Shown here: positions 26,001 to 38,387 of the stretch, piece by piece | Position numbering within the stretch: position 1 is the stretch's first letter | How the letters are laid out: each line of letters starts with the position of its first letter | Assembly: GCA_036172245.1 (NCBI GenBank) | Contig: JAYWIR010000001.1 | Location: 6,634,001 to 6,698,000, forward strand | Direction of reading: 5' to 3' | Origin: Raillietiella orientalis | Lineage: Eukaryota | DNA length: 64,000 bases | Translations under genes and position numbers: made by a program | The notes under the pieces: model-generated | What the model saw: the letters and a program-made list of their open reading frames with translations, nothing else | Told to the model about the DNA's origin: nothing | Databases searched by the model: none

Positions 26001-26329
26001 GATTTCACAGTGAACCCCCGTTCTTTAAAAGTTTGATGCAAATTTAGGAAGTCAAACAAAAAACAGCAAATAGGAGCAATTCTGTGTTAAGGCAACACCG
26101 AGTGATCAGAACGACCCCGAGGTTGACATATCAAGGAAAATGCACTTAGTGACGGATGATTGGACCCTCACTTGATCGCACATCTGAAATCAGCAGATGT
26201 GAGATCAAGTATCTCTGGCATCCTCTTGGATTTTTTTTTTTTCTTGGCAATGTGGGTATAAACTCGATAAAAAGACGTGGCTACTTGGTCAACGTAGGGT
26301 TCTGCCCCCCCCCCCCAGTCCTTGGAATG

Positions 26330-27270
26330 CTCAGGAGAAGATCATCTTCTGTGGTCTTCAGGTTACTTTGCCTGAAGTTTCGGAAGCTGGGAAACTTTCA
26401 CAGAAGGAAGTGAAGGAACGGACAAGATCGAAAGCAATGAATATCAAGTATAAATTCGTTGCTCTTCTCATCATTCCCGTCAGAAAATTGGCAGATTAAA
26501 TTTGGCTTTTTCGATTCATCTTCCGGAGAACAGCTGTTTGCAAAATTTGCTTTTTACTGGTCATTAGAAAAAATTCACTGCTTCAACGAGGAATTTATAG
26601 TTTTCTAAATGAGATGCAGATGAAAATTCCTTAATGGAAAAACTGTTCGGCGTATCCTTCAAAAATTCATTATTCCAGATGAGAGGTCCTACCTTGATTA
26701 AAAAGGCTGAAGGCATCTCATTCTAATAGAGACAGTTTAAATTTGCATCCTTCCCCAAAAAGAGTTGGCCTTACTGTGAATCAGTTAATGTATGCTCCCA
26801 CCGAGAAAGAAGGGAAAGACCTGGAGGAAGGTGGTCAGTCAGACAAAAGTTGCTCGTATCACAGGAAACAAATATTTTGTCTTCAAGGAGCATTCATCGC
26901 CCAACTTGTGATGGGACTTTGTCACAAATTGCCAAGAACTTTCCGTATCGCATTACGCACAGAAGTCACCAGCAATGTCAATTGGAATCGCATATTCCTT
27001 GTGATCACATCTTCTGTGACGGTATCATTGTGTCCACTGAGATGACACGAGATCTTGCAAACGCGGGAAACGCTGATCATTTTGGAAGCGTGTTCGACCT
27101 ATCATGAAATTTTACAGGCGGTCCAAAACCGCATTTTGGGAAAAGACATATTTGTTCAGCATTGGATCACAAATCCTATAAACACAAATACTAAGAAGAT
27201 GAAAGACAGATGTTCATTATCTGCGTTCTCCATCATCAACCGAGTTTGTGGATGGACGGATGCGGAGTGG
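26330..27270 (+). pseudogene. Maverick integrase remnant (element B)
   Basis: LSQKEVKE, NWQI, ENSC.QNLL, LNGKT, NVNWNRIFLV (NWxxEIFxI), YHEILQAV (FYxxELQxV), in the expected order. Confidence 0.55.
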
Positions 27271-27654
27271 TGAGGGAAAAAAAAAGAAAATCACGCCTCG
27301 CCATCAGAATTGGAAATTCCAGTAGAAAAGAAAAAAAAAAAAGTTGAAAGAATCCCCGAATCCATTCGTGTATTTCTTCTTGTATTCTGATCGGGGCTGC
27401 AATGTGCAATGACCTCATTCATTTTTAATCAAAACGTTCTTCAAGCGATGTAAGGCCAAACAAAAAATTCTTCTTCCGTTTTCTTTTTACATGTTGGATT
27501 TGCTTGCATGCCTTTCACATATTGAAAGCTCTAATAATCGAGGAGAGTGATTATTCACCTCGATTAAAGCTTCAGTTATTTTCCTCAACTAAGGCTCCAA
27601 ATGAGCAGTTCTGGCAAAAAGCGGTCTCTGTAATTTTAGTTTTTTTCATTTCGA

Positions 27655-29188
27655 AGGCAGCAAAGACTTCAAGGAGCAGAATTTCCGAGATTGAGACTCT
27701 TTGGACGATGGATGCAAATCCTTGGACATTCCCGAACCAGGCAGTTGCGCCGACGAATCCCTGTCGTTGTGGAAAGGGCGATCGTCTCGGAGGGAGTACA
27801 CATGGCTTCTAAAAGGAGTCGTTCGGGAATGGAATTTTTTGTCTTATGGGAAAGTCGATCTGCAGAGATTTGGGATTTCTGCGCATACGTTGGCAAACAC
27901 GCGGTCAAAATGATCCTCCATGTGTGGCCGCGACTCGCAGCGTCCTCGAACCGTCTCCAGACCTATTGGGCCAGGGATAGAAATTCTATTTGGATCACTG
28001 TATTAAACTATGTACTTGTAAGACAGACACCATTAGTACAATGCGACAGCAGAGACTTGGTATTCCCGGAGGTATGAAAACAACTTCTCTAAATGAAAGG
28101 TCAGTACATTGCAAGACGTAACAACAAAGTCGTGTTCTTGAAGTGGCGGGAAAAAAGGGATGTTCCTCGGCACAACGTGCGTGGCGCCAATGTGGTGGAA
28201 ACGGAGAAACGGGGTGTGGTAAAAAGGAGTGGCTTTTGGCTATGGGGAAAAGATGGGTGGGGTGGACAGAAGCGATGGTACAATGGCCAGCATACACGCT
28301 GGCAAGAAAGAGGCAGAAGAAGTGTTACAGGAAAATATTTCTCCATCGTTTAGACGTTACGTGCTGCGATTCGTATTTACGATGTGGGAAAAACAACGGA
28401 AAACGAAATGGATTCCATTTTGGCTGGAATGCATGGAACCAATTCTTGAGGAATCTCCAGCTCCAGGAACTGTGGCGACCAACTAGCTGTAACTGCCAAG
28501 CCCATGCACGTCTCATCAGGACACTTTCTCCAAATTTCACACCGTGTGCACCATCGAAAACGAGTGCATCGCGAGGATGCATCGTGTGGTGTTCAAAAAA
28601 TGGCATTCGTAAGGAAACACGATTGGTCGTCTGATCGCTCACACGTTGGTTCCCAACCTGTGAGCACAAGATTGGACACCAGTGTTCGTTTCAGATTCCT
28701 TTTCAGTCTCAATCCAAGGGCAGTACACACGATCAGGTTTGACAGGGTTCGCATCTCCTGTGACCGCCCTCCCCCTTTGAATACAGGGTCTCACATATCC
28801 GGACACTGAATTTGTAAAAAAAAAAATGGATGAACGTCCATTTTGATGCCAGTCCAGATTTTTGATAGTTTTCGAATGATCCAATGCAAAGAAAAGTGGA
28901 AAATCCTCTTCTTCCCCAGGATGTGTAACCACCGTAATCACCATAAGCGCACTCTCCGGCTATTTGAGAATTCGAAACATTCAGCTGATCGGAAAATGTC
29001 TCTGTCGAAGGCTCCACTGTACAATAGCGAATTTTTTTTTATGACGAATTTTTTTTTCTCCTTTTTTCCCCCTTGAATTTACAATGGGTACATTCGCTGT
29101 GCGTTTGACGTACACATGCGTTTTCTCCGATTTTAATTTCCCATCCACGGGTGGACTTTGTCCAAAAAAGACTCGCTCAGCAGGTTAA
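27655..29188 (+). mobile_element. piggyBac-family transposon remnant (5' part missing)
   Basis: DESLSLWKGR, SKRSRSGMEFFVLWESRSAEIWDFCAYVG, VVFLKWREKRDV, MGGVDRSD, KKCYRKIF, C-terminal CIVWCSKNGIRKET. Candidate right end CAGG|TTAA at 29181-29188. Confidence 0.85.
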
Positions 29189-29399
29189 AGAAGTGAAGCG
29201 GCTACTCAAGTAAAAACGAAACTGGACAATCCTGCCCTGGACGAAGACTATACAACCGAATCGGATTCAGGAGTACCAGAACAAATGATACTGCACATTA
29301 AAGTACATCAAAATAATAAACCAAAGGAAAAGCCGAAAATCAACCCTGAAAAAGGAAAGCGAGAAGGGAATAAGAAGAACACGAAACCGTGTCCCATGA

Positions 29400-29630
29400 A
29401 TTAAGATCCGGCTTAAAGCCAGCAAATCATTCAAAAATCCATCAGAGATCTTTTTTTCAAAACCAACACTGCGAATTTTGAAAGTTCCTCGCGAAGTTTT
29501 GTGCGGAAAGGCTGCTGCAGAAGGAAGCACTCGCGTCAAAACAACAGATTTGCACCGTGGAATGCCATGTCGACTAATATCAACAAGAGCAAACAAGTAA
29601 TCAGCATCTATTCCACGAATTAGCTCCATA
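29400..29630 (-). pseudogene. Possible RVE integrase core remnant
   Basis: ORF 29267-29629: DYLFALVDISRHGIPRCKS resembles KYLLTxIDxFSRxAWxxPLKS. Confidence 0.35.
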
Positions 29631-30599
29631 CATTATTCCAACAACTATTTACGAGTCTGCTAGAGGTTGCTTTAATGGTCCACCGCAGAAGGAATTCCGG
29701 TAATATTTTCTTCGGTGATGACTCTTCAGTGGGCGCATTGCATTTTCCAGCTTGGGCGAAATCCTAGGAAAATTGCTGCTATTTCCCATGTTTGCATGAC
29801 TTTAGGGAAAGTTCTAATGACATCGCAATAGAATCCATCACGAAAGATGGAGCACACAATCGTTACCTGAAAGAAGCACGGGGGAACGCGAATCTGGAAT
29901 GCCGCGGCGTTAGCATTCTAAATCACAATTGCTAATGTGGGATTAATCAATAGTAATGCAATGTGGGAGTTTCACATACAGAGCATTGCAAATCAGCAAA
30001 AGGAGGTATGAAAAATACGAAACTTCCAACAAAAGTTGAGGCAGCACTTCATTTTAAATGCTAATTGCATCGCCATGTTTTCATAATGGTTTCCCTTATG
30101 AATTAATTTTCATTCGTTAGTAGAGATCGATGACAGAAATCAGCTTTCATGAAAAGGTAAAGACTGCAGCATCTGAAAAGATGGAGTGTTCTTAATAACA
30201 GTAAGCCAAGTCAGGCAATAAGTCGAGTTCAAATCACTGCTTGTGATTCTCATGTATTCAGCCATGGTGGCATTTTATTGAGTAAGGTTCCGGGAATTTT
30301 GCTGAATGCCGACGTGTTGAATTTGTGGCTGAAGCCAGAATCCCGAAATTCAGCCGACGTTTTTTTTTTTTTTTTTTTCCTTTTTTTTCTTTTTGTCTGT
30401 GGCTTTTATGTATCATATACATCGGAGAAGGGCATCCAAACAAACAAATGCAGGTTTGTTTCGTTCGGCATGGCAAATTGGATTCCGCACTTTCGTCTCG
30501 AACATTCTGTTTTCAGAATTTCGTATTTGACCACGGTTCGTGCAAATTCCCCATCATTGCTGAAATTCGACCGAAAGCGAAGAACTCCCAGCAAAGGGA

Positions 30600-30912
30600 T
30601 GGTACAGCGAAGGCTCAGAAACCCAGAACCGGGGTCGTACTCGAAAGCGGCAAGCCTGACCGTTTCCATGATAATCCCTGTGTACCCCCTGATCATTGCG
30701 AGATCGTTCCGGGAAGACAGTGGTTCTTCCTGATGGTGCTAAGAGACGAAAGGTACACAAATAATTTCCCGCGAATTCGTATAAAGCTGGGCACCTTCTT
30801 CCAACAGAACAAAAAAATACAGGACCGCGTTTTCGAATTTCGATCTGTGGGAGATCAGGATGTTAAAATCTCTGCCGATCCCACTGAGATCGCAAAGAAG
30901 CACTTTAGATGA
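30600..30912 (+). pseudogene. Possible Argonaute PAZ/L2-linker fragment
   Basis: LRNPE / VVLESGK..PCVPPDHCEIVPGRQ (YxPxExCxIVPGQ) followed by KIQDRV...DVKISADPTEI (FGIxISxEPTEV). Confidence 0.4.
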
Positions 30913-33439
30913 AGAATGCAGCAAATGCTCATCAAAAATTCACGAGTCAACCCTTACGTAAGATGAAAGGCCGCCTTGGAAGGATGCCTGCAATTTGGCC
31001 TTTGCGTTCAAATTTGAGAGGACAGCATGTGATAAACAGTTTCCGTTCGCAATCAATCTGCATCAATTTAATCTTCAATCGGTACATGTGTGTACAGTGA
31101 TTCGAATCCTAAGCATCCCAAACTTACATCCACGAAGCGTAAGATTGTAAGATCGTTTTCTCGTCTCATTTGCCTCATTCCATTTCGTCATATTTCCTTC
31201 CGCGTTAGCAGGAATTTATTAAAGGTTCTTCGGATCCAACCCCTACCCCAATAGCCAATGGCTGACTGGTGCACATGGGGAAACATTCAAAACAACACTC
31301 TTCTGTTACGATGGCTTGCAATCCCCGTAGTTACGTTTGTCAGACGATACGCTTCTTGGGGAATGTGTCCCGGGATTGTAGAGGGGAAAAGAGAGCAGTA
31401 AAGGTCACAGGGGGCTCTTGTTTCTGCCTCCTACGAACTGCCGGTTCCTTCTAACACATTCTAAGCAATGTCGGGTGCGACCTCACCGGAAATAGATGGG
31501 TTCACATTAAATAGCAATTCCGGACGTTCTGGATTTTGGGTCGCTGAAGCTGTGCATCGGAATATTTTTTGTCTCTTGGATCCTGAAAATTCCACATAAA
31601 TCGTCAGAGCGAAAGGGAGCGAATAGCATGAAATGTAATTAAAATAATTTCGATAGAGAATTTTTTTTTTTTTTTTGATGCCACAGTTCCCAGTTTCCCC
31701 TATATTTTTCGACGACGGAGTTTTCCCTCTTACAGAATCCCAAAGAGAAGAGGAGCGGTGCCCCATTTCCAAACACCTATTCACAGTAGGAGTAGTTTTA
31801 CTTGGTTTTGCTATATCGGCCGCCTTCCCACTTTGGAATTCGTGAAGCTCCAAATCGTTTCAAGATTCTAATTGCAATTCGAATTACCAACAGCATTTGA
31901 TCTCTTCCTTATGGATTCATGAATTAAAAATGAAGCAAATGGGATTTTTCACTGTGGCGTGGTAAAAGGATGGATAATACTGCATTCTGCCACGTCCCAC
32001 GATAGAATGATTCCGAAGCATTCTCTTATTCCTAGAAAAATTAATTTTTACGGTGAACTTTATTAAAGGTTCATATTAAGACCTCCTTTGTTTTTACTTT
32101 TAATCCTAGCTTTGGAGCCAAAAGCGGTCCATACTGATTAAGAGGAAGATTAATGAAAAAAAGGTTCCTGTACAGTTGAGCGAAAACGCCCATAAGTAAT
32201 TGCAGAATGAGGAAGAGAACACCTTCTCTTTTTCTTTTTTTCTTTCCCCCCGTTTACTATGCGACTCATCAGCGACGCATTTCGAATTTTCAAAGCAAGC
32301 GAATCAAAGCAGTGGATGAGTTGACCTCAAAATGAGCATTGCTTCCGGCGGAATACTCTGTTCGCGTGGCTGGATCTCAATCCAGTTGCGATATACGTAG
32401 CAAGATTTCCCAAGTGGAAGGAATTCTTGAAATTCGGAAAGTCCATGACACTTTCCGTGGCTTCGTCCAAACGCGCGACTATTACCCGAACGTGGTCACT
32501 CTCGTGGCTGCTTTATCTTGCGCCAATATTCAAGGATTGACCTAATAGCGATCCTTTATCATATCCTCCTCGGAAACTGCTCTCTCAGTTCCGCATGAGA
32601 ACAGGCTAATTGGTAGATTGAATTTCCCTTATGTCTAAGATGAAAGTCACCCCCTTCGAGTTCCAGCAAATCCATCGGTATTCTCTTTGAATCTGTGATT
32701 TTTGAGGACACGAAAATAACGAAAACAGCAGTTAGCAAAAACAAACCCCACCTGACGAACGCATTTCTCCTTCGAAGTAAATGAGTTCATCTCCGGAATT
32801 CCCCCTGAATTTCAAATCCTCTTCGCATCTGATCGTTGCTATGGTTTCTTATGTGCAAGTGCGTAGCATAACATGTGTAGTGTATAATTGCAGATTAAAC
32901 CGCACATCCTATGCTGCGCCACTTTGATTTGTTAATGTGACTGCATGCAGGTGGTGGTCGTATCTTCTGAGGGATTTCGAAAATCCAATGACATCAAACT
33001 GAAACTGACCAGCGAAACCCTGCGTGGGTTCCGACGTCCGAAAGCGGCACATAAAGGAAAGCAATTAAAGCGTTGATAGAAACGTGAATACATCTCCGAA
33101 GACAATAGCAAGTCAATGCAATCTGATACAGACGGAAGAATCAGTAATTCGATGAATCCTTTACTTGCGGTTTCATTTCTTCTCTGTTCACTCTTGCCCA
33201 GGCTATTTCAAGATGGAAATCCATTCGACGTCGAGTCCCCTAAACCAGCCGATCATATGCACGCGCATTCAGAGTTTTACATATTCTATTATGCAGTTTG
33301 CTCGCTGTGTACGCTGACTTGCTCGTGGCACTGCCAATGGTACTCTTTTTCAATGCTTTCGGCCCTCTCAGGAAACTTACCACATGCGGGTTGCTTTCTC
33401 TTTTTTCCCTTTAGTGCTCCTCCCCGAAACTGGAGTCTC

Positions 33440-34215
33440 TAATCCTTCTTTTCTGTCTTCGCAGGCCTTCGACACGGTTCCACTCCACCCGAAGGTGGAT
33501 AATTCTTCAAGATGAGGGGTTCCCCGGGAGGAAGGGTCTGCCCTATGAATCCAGGAACGACTCGGAGTCCGTTCTTCTCACGCATGGGGAGAGATCCCCG
33601 GAAATGGAGATCACCTCCACCCTGGTTGTCTCCGAAGGAGAATCCAGAATCCTTCCTTGTTCTCTACGGAGGACACCCAAGGGGGTCCGCTCCATTCTTT
33701 CTTCTCTGAAGAGAATCAGGAAAGGATCCGCTCCTGGAATTTCTTCTCCGGAGGGATCTCCCGCAAGGGATCCGCTCCTGTTTTTACTCCTCTGAAGAGA
33801 ACCCAGGGACGACGCTTCCGAAATTCAGAAGGACGCAGCTTCTCCGAAGGGATCGTCTCGCGTCTCTGCACTCTCTGGAGAGGTGGTGGCGACACACCTA
33901 CTCCATCAGTAAGACTTGGAGGGTCCCCCCCCGTAATGGGGGGTCTTCTCCTTCACAACCGAAGGGGAGCTCCCACTCCGTGATTCCTGGAAGGACCCGG
34001 AGGTCGACTCCCATTCGTCCCGGCCCTCATCGGGGGCATCCGGTTTCACCCACTACCAGCGCCGCACCCGGATGAATGTGGGCCAACCAGCGTCATCTTG
34101 TGGGGTGAACTCCGAACCCACGACGCCCTGCGTCGATTCCTTCGGAGTATTCGAACCCACGACGCATGGTGCCACGAGCGGAGACCACCGTAGCCACAAG
34201 GCCTCCGACACGGGC
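33440..34215 (-). mobile_element. Repeat family X copy 2
   Basis: Colinear with 22706-23662 (CCCTATGAATCCAGGA, CCTGGAAGGACCCG). tRNA-like head at 34143-34214 on the minus strand (GTGGGTTCGAATAC). Confidence 0.8.
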
Positions 34216-34449
34216 AAATTTGTCCTCTAGACAAATTTCAGGGAATCGCCGTTGTATTGGGTCTTCGAGTAATTCACATTCAGTGCAATTAACAAGGGAT
34301 TACTCTTGTTGCATCTAAGACCGCAGCCGTCTCTAGGGTGCGTAATCTCATTCTTCTGCTGGTGCCTATGCAGCTACACGAGAATCCTCGCTGAATGTAA
34401 GGATGCGTTTATCCATCATTAAATATTTAAAACTTCCCTCACAATACTT

Positions 34450-35350
34450 CACTCTGAATAAGATCACTGTGCTTCATTTCGTGACTCTCTTTTCCCATAG
34501 GCATTTTCGTCTGCTTCTTGGAAAAGCTCATAACGGTGATCTGTGTACGCGTTGTTCTCTAATCTGAGGCTGTCAACAGAGTCAGTCTGGTCTCTTATTT
34601 ATTAGAGTACCGATAGCATCTCTGACGTAGACAAAAGTTTACGTAGTGAGGAAGTTGCAAAATTCGTCATATCTGATGTTTGTCAACAAATGAGACCAAG
34701 TATACGCTGCTTTTATTTGTTACTAGTAGAAGATTTATGGTTCCCTGGAATTCAGGATTCTTCTTTGTCACTCCAGCTTTTCATTCCTGAGATTTCCTTC
34801 AGGAAAACTGATGAGTAGGGTTTGACTGTATTTTCAGTGGAATAGGCATTGGATTCGCGAGCATCACCGATAATGCTATGGAATTAGTGATTTCTGAGGA
34901 GCCACAAATACGTAAAGCTGAACTGAGATAAGATGTGGCGAAAGCATCAAGGTGGAAAATCTATGTGTGTGGTCTCAAGGATTGAATCGGAGTTTCCACG
35001 AGGGCATCAGATAACAAAGAATCCGCTATTCTTGTTAGCGCCATGCAATCTTTTGCTTGTGACGTTGTTATCTGTCTGCGTTGGGAACGAAAAAGAACGA
35101 ATTTCCTGCTACGGAAAAATTTCGCGACAAGTAGCATGGATCCAAGGATCCTCTTGTCATCTGCTGGAGAACTCCACTCAAGGAATGGAGAGTTGATAGG
35201 GTCCACAGAGGAAACTGGTCTTTTGGATGTTCTTGATGAGCGGGTGCCAAGCTCTTCGCTCAGCTGTTCCAGGAGGGGTAAGTTGCCGAACATTTTTTTG
35301 GTTTTTCAAAAATGTTCGGCAGCTTACCTTTTCAAAAATGAATTGTGGGA
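34450..35350 (+). pseudogene. Maverick integrase remnant (element E)
   Basis: NETKYTLLLFVTSRRF, KTDE*G, RNGELIGSTEETGLLDV (GExIxGxFYxxELxxV), then a chromodomain-like RRGKLPNIFLV. Confidence 0.5.
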
Positions 35351-35459
35351 AAACGAACCAGGCAGCGATGAATCTTCAGTTCAGAAAGATGAGGAACGTG
35401 CAGCATCTTTTCCGTAAGCGCAGGCGCAGATGTTAACTGAAGCTCTGCAAGAAAACCAA

Positions 35460-35980
35460 AAATTTCAGGCACCTTTTGAGTAGAACGATCCACTTGTTGT
35501 TTCGCAATTCTTCCGCCTTTCAAACCTGCCCTGAAACTCCGTCAGCTATGAGCAGCACTCGGAAAGTTCTTTCGTTCTGAAGACCTTTCGTAACTTCACG
35601 GGGTGTGCGAGCTGTAAGTTAGGAAGTTACCATGGAAGTTCTTATCTTAGAAGATGCTCTTCGCATGAAAAACGGCGGATTGCTTCTTGAACCTAAAGTC
35701 AAACAAGTTATGCACAGAGAGACAGTGAGGTGTTTAATAATCCTATCTTTCGCTGCGCCTTGGATTCGTTACGGTTACGGATGCCACCTTCCTCTGTTTA
35801 TGAACCTGTGTTCCATCTCCTTCAGTTCCGAAGATGTGCTTCATGGACACATGAATGGTTGCAAGAATGGAATACACATGCCCTTCGATGAGGATGTCAC
35901 GCGGTCAGCAGCCGCCTCATCAGCCGCGAAGCCTTCATAGATATCTCTATTAATTTCAACCTCTCACAGCCATTCTAAAA
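35460..35980 (+). pseudogene. Maverick packaging ATPase remnant (element E)
   Basis: FQAPF (FxHPF), EVLILEDAL (Walker B), CHLPLFMN (AHYIxLFKN), and KP..RYL near 35930-35950. Confidence 0.5.
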
Positions 35981-36573
35981 ACTTGAAGCCGACTGCTACC
36001 CTTCTGTTTGCTTCCATTCTGCTGGCACTTTGATCCATTATGGGTTCCACATTTTCTCAGATCTCATCTCAGCTTCCGGCCAGCACTCAGGGAGGAGTCG
36101 AGGATCTTCAGCTCATCTGCGTTCTTTGGCTCCCAATGGTCCTAACAGCAACGGCAACGGTAGGGAGATTCATGACAACAGAGAGAAGAGCAAAGAACGG
36201 TGTATTCGCAACAATTTGAAATCAACAACCACAGTGTTTACAGAATTCTTTACGGCAACCCCTTAAAGGGTGGACAAACTAAAAGACGAAGAGCAGGAAA
36301 CAGCTTCTGAGGAAAGAATGCTGCGTTGCGATTTCCGGGAGAGGAGAAGAGAGCTGACTGACGTGACCGCTGCTCTTTTCCTTCCAAATGTGGCAACAGC
36401 GTTCTGTTAATCGTTCTTTCCCATGGGAAACCTGGTAAGAGGAAATACACGCTTTTCCGTGGTTCCTTTCAGCCAGAACTGGGGACGTTTCGCAACAAGG
36501 GTGCAGCCGATTCGATAACACTGAATTACGGCTAATGGCCGAGAATCTTCTGCCAGGAGTCCTTGAAAGGCTG

Positions 36574-36780
36574 TTTTCCTTTTTGGTTCGCTAAGTGCTC
36601 AAAAACCGTTCATGCTCTGGGGAAGTGACAGTGGCTCGACGAAGGTGCCACAAGGACCCACAAGGCTCCTTAAACAAGGTCATGCACGCAACGAGGGCGA
36701 AGAAGTCAGGGAATAAGGAAACTCGCGACTCCTGGAAGGACCCCGGAGGGTCTGCTCCCTATTCCTGCGAGTCGGCAGGG
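36574..36780 (-). mobile_element. Short deleted piece of repeat family X
   Basis: TTTTGGTTCGCTAAGTGCTC and CCTGGAAGGACCCCGGAGGGTC are shared with the other copies. Confidence 0.55.
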
Positions 36781-36939
36781 AGACCTGGTCTTCATGTGCG
36801 AGCGCACCATTCAAGTGACACACCCGAAGCCCGTGTTGTCCTGAGGCAGAGAAGGGAGGAGGGGGGGAAGGACGGACCCCTGCATTCTCAGCATCGATCC
36901 TTCGCAGCGGCATTCCGACCCGCAATGCGAGGGGGCACA

Positions 36940-37300
36940 CGAGGTAGGCACCGCCACGTGGTCATCATTGTTTCCAGGGGAGTTGCCTCCCCGAACTGTA
37001 AAAGGTGCGGAGCAGCAGAAACGCTCCTGCATCTCGTTTTCGACTGCGGTTTTCTCCAAGGACTGTGGCGGAGGCTTCAGCTCCTGCACCAGGGGAACAC
37101 CGCAAGGATTTTGATGCGCCGCTTCTTCACGCCAGGCGGCCTGTCGTTATGTGCGGCTGTCGCAACGATCTGTTGCATCCGCGCCATCGATAAGGCCCAC
37201 CGACAGCTGGAGTCGCAGGCGATTCGTCGAGAGGCCATCGGAATAGCCGATGACAACAAGGCGGCCTCAGCCTGCCTTCGGATTGCAGCTCCTGGAGGAC
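36940..37300 (+). mobile_element. LINE ORF2 C-terminal zinc-finger fragment
   Basis: SPNCKRCGAAETLLHLVFDCGFLQGLW (zf-RVT CxxC..ETxxH..C). Confidence 0.85.
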
Positions 37301-37532
37301 GACGTTTGCTTCTGACTCTGTGCGCAAACCGGTCTTCCTTCCGTCTTTTCCGCCGCCATGCTACACCAATGGTGGGGAGCTGGAACGGACGAACTCTCTT
37401 CCCTCTTATATGGTGTCAAAAGCGATTGCCATGAGCGCTGACTTGCCAACTCACTGGTGCTGAGACGAAAGCAAAATTGGCAGCTTGAGGGAGGAAGACG
37501 CGCTGCTTTCAGCACCTCTCTTTGCTCCTTTG

Positions 37533-38355
37533 CCAGAGTTGGTGGCCGTGTGGCTACGGTCTCCGCGCGTGGCACCGAGAGTTGAGGGTTTGAATCCCAC
37601 CTGAGGAGAGAATCCATGCCGAGAAATGGGGAGCGCGAAGTGGGTTTCGAGTCTCCTCGCTCCCTCAAAATGGCGCTGGCTGGTCTCGGTTGACTTCGGG
37701 TGCAGCACCGGTGGAAGCCAGATGCCCCATGTTGACAGGCTGAGATTGGAAGTCGACCCTCCGGGGTCCTTCCAGGAATCGGTTCTTTTCGGGGTTGCCC
37801 ACCGGTTAAGAAAATGGAACCGTACCATCACGTACCATGGAGCTGGTTCATACCACTTCGGGAGTTGCTTCTTCAGAGTGCCAGAAGGCGCGCTGCTCCC
37901 TCCAGGAAGCGCCCTTCAGAGAAAATTCGGGGTTCTCCTCAGAAAAGGAAACGCGGAGTGGTTCGGAGTGGTTCCCTTAGGGGCTTCCTCCGGAGAACAA
38001 GTTCAGGGGTGGATTCCTTCCGAAGAAGAAATGGGGAGTAGCTCCCCCTATGGGGGATCCCTCCGGAAAGAATGAGGAAGAGGTTCTTTTCTTGGTTCCC
38101 TTCCAAGCGTAGGAGGAACGGACTCCTTCCTACAGAGCCTTCCTGGATTCATAGGGTGGTCCCCTCCCGGGGTGTCTCTTAACTTGGAGAGTTGCACGCA
38201 CCCGGATGGCGTGGACAAAGTGGAAAGATGAGTCTCCCTAGTCCCCCTAGGGAGGTGCACTGTTCTTCAGTACTTGGAAAACCAGAAAAAAAAAAACCGA
38301 AACAAAAAAATCTTAAAGAAAAGCAGGGAAAGCAGAAGAACCCAAAGGGATTTTC
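37533..38355 (+). mobile_element. Repeat family X copy 3 (best-preserved tRNA-like head)
   Basis: A box GGTGGCCGTGTGG (37541-37553), B box GGGTTTGAATCCC (37586-37598). Body is the reverse complement of copies 1 and 2. A-rich tail ending GAAGAACCCAAAGGGATTTT. Confidence 0.8.
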
Positions 38356-38387
38356 ATCGATCTTCTCGTGAGGTAGCTACTGCTTTA

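Noticed and set aside
26743-27273. hAT transposase (SLCPLR resembling LCxTRW)
   Set aside because: Single short match. The surrounding motifs fit a Maverick integrase much better.
32260-32285. Hammerhead ribozyme core (CTGATGA) here and at ~35917 and ~62844
   Set aside because: No stem II followed by GAAA at any of these sites.
32339-33100. Additional Maverick ATPase (YSVRVAGSQSSC resembling Walker A)
   Set aside because: The GK is missing and downstream motifs are too weak to support a feature call.
37533-37606. Functional tRNA gene
   Set aside because: A/B boxes are present but I could not fold a canonical cloverleaf. It is the head of a dispersed repeat.
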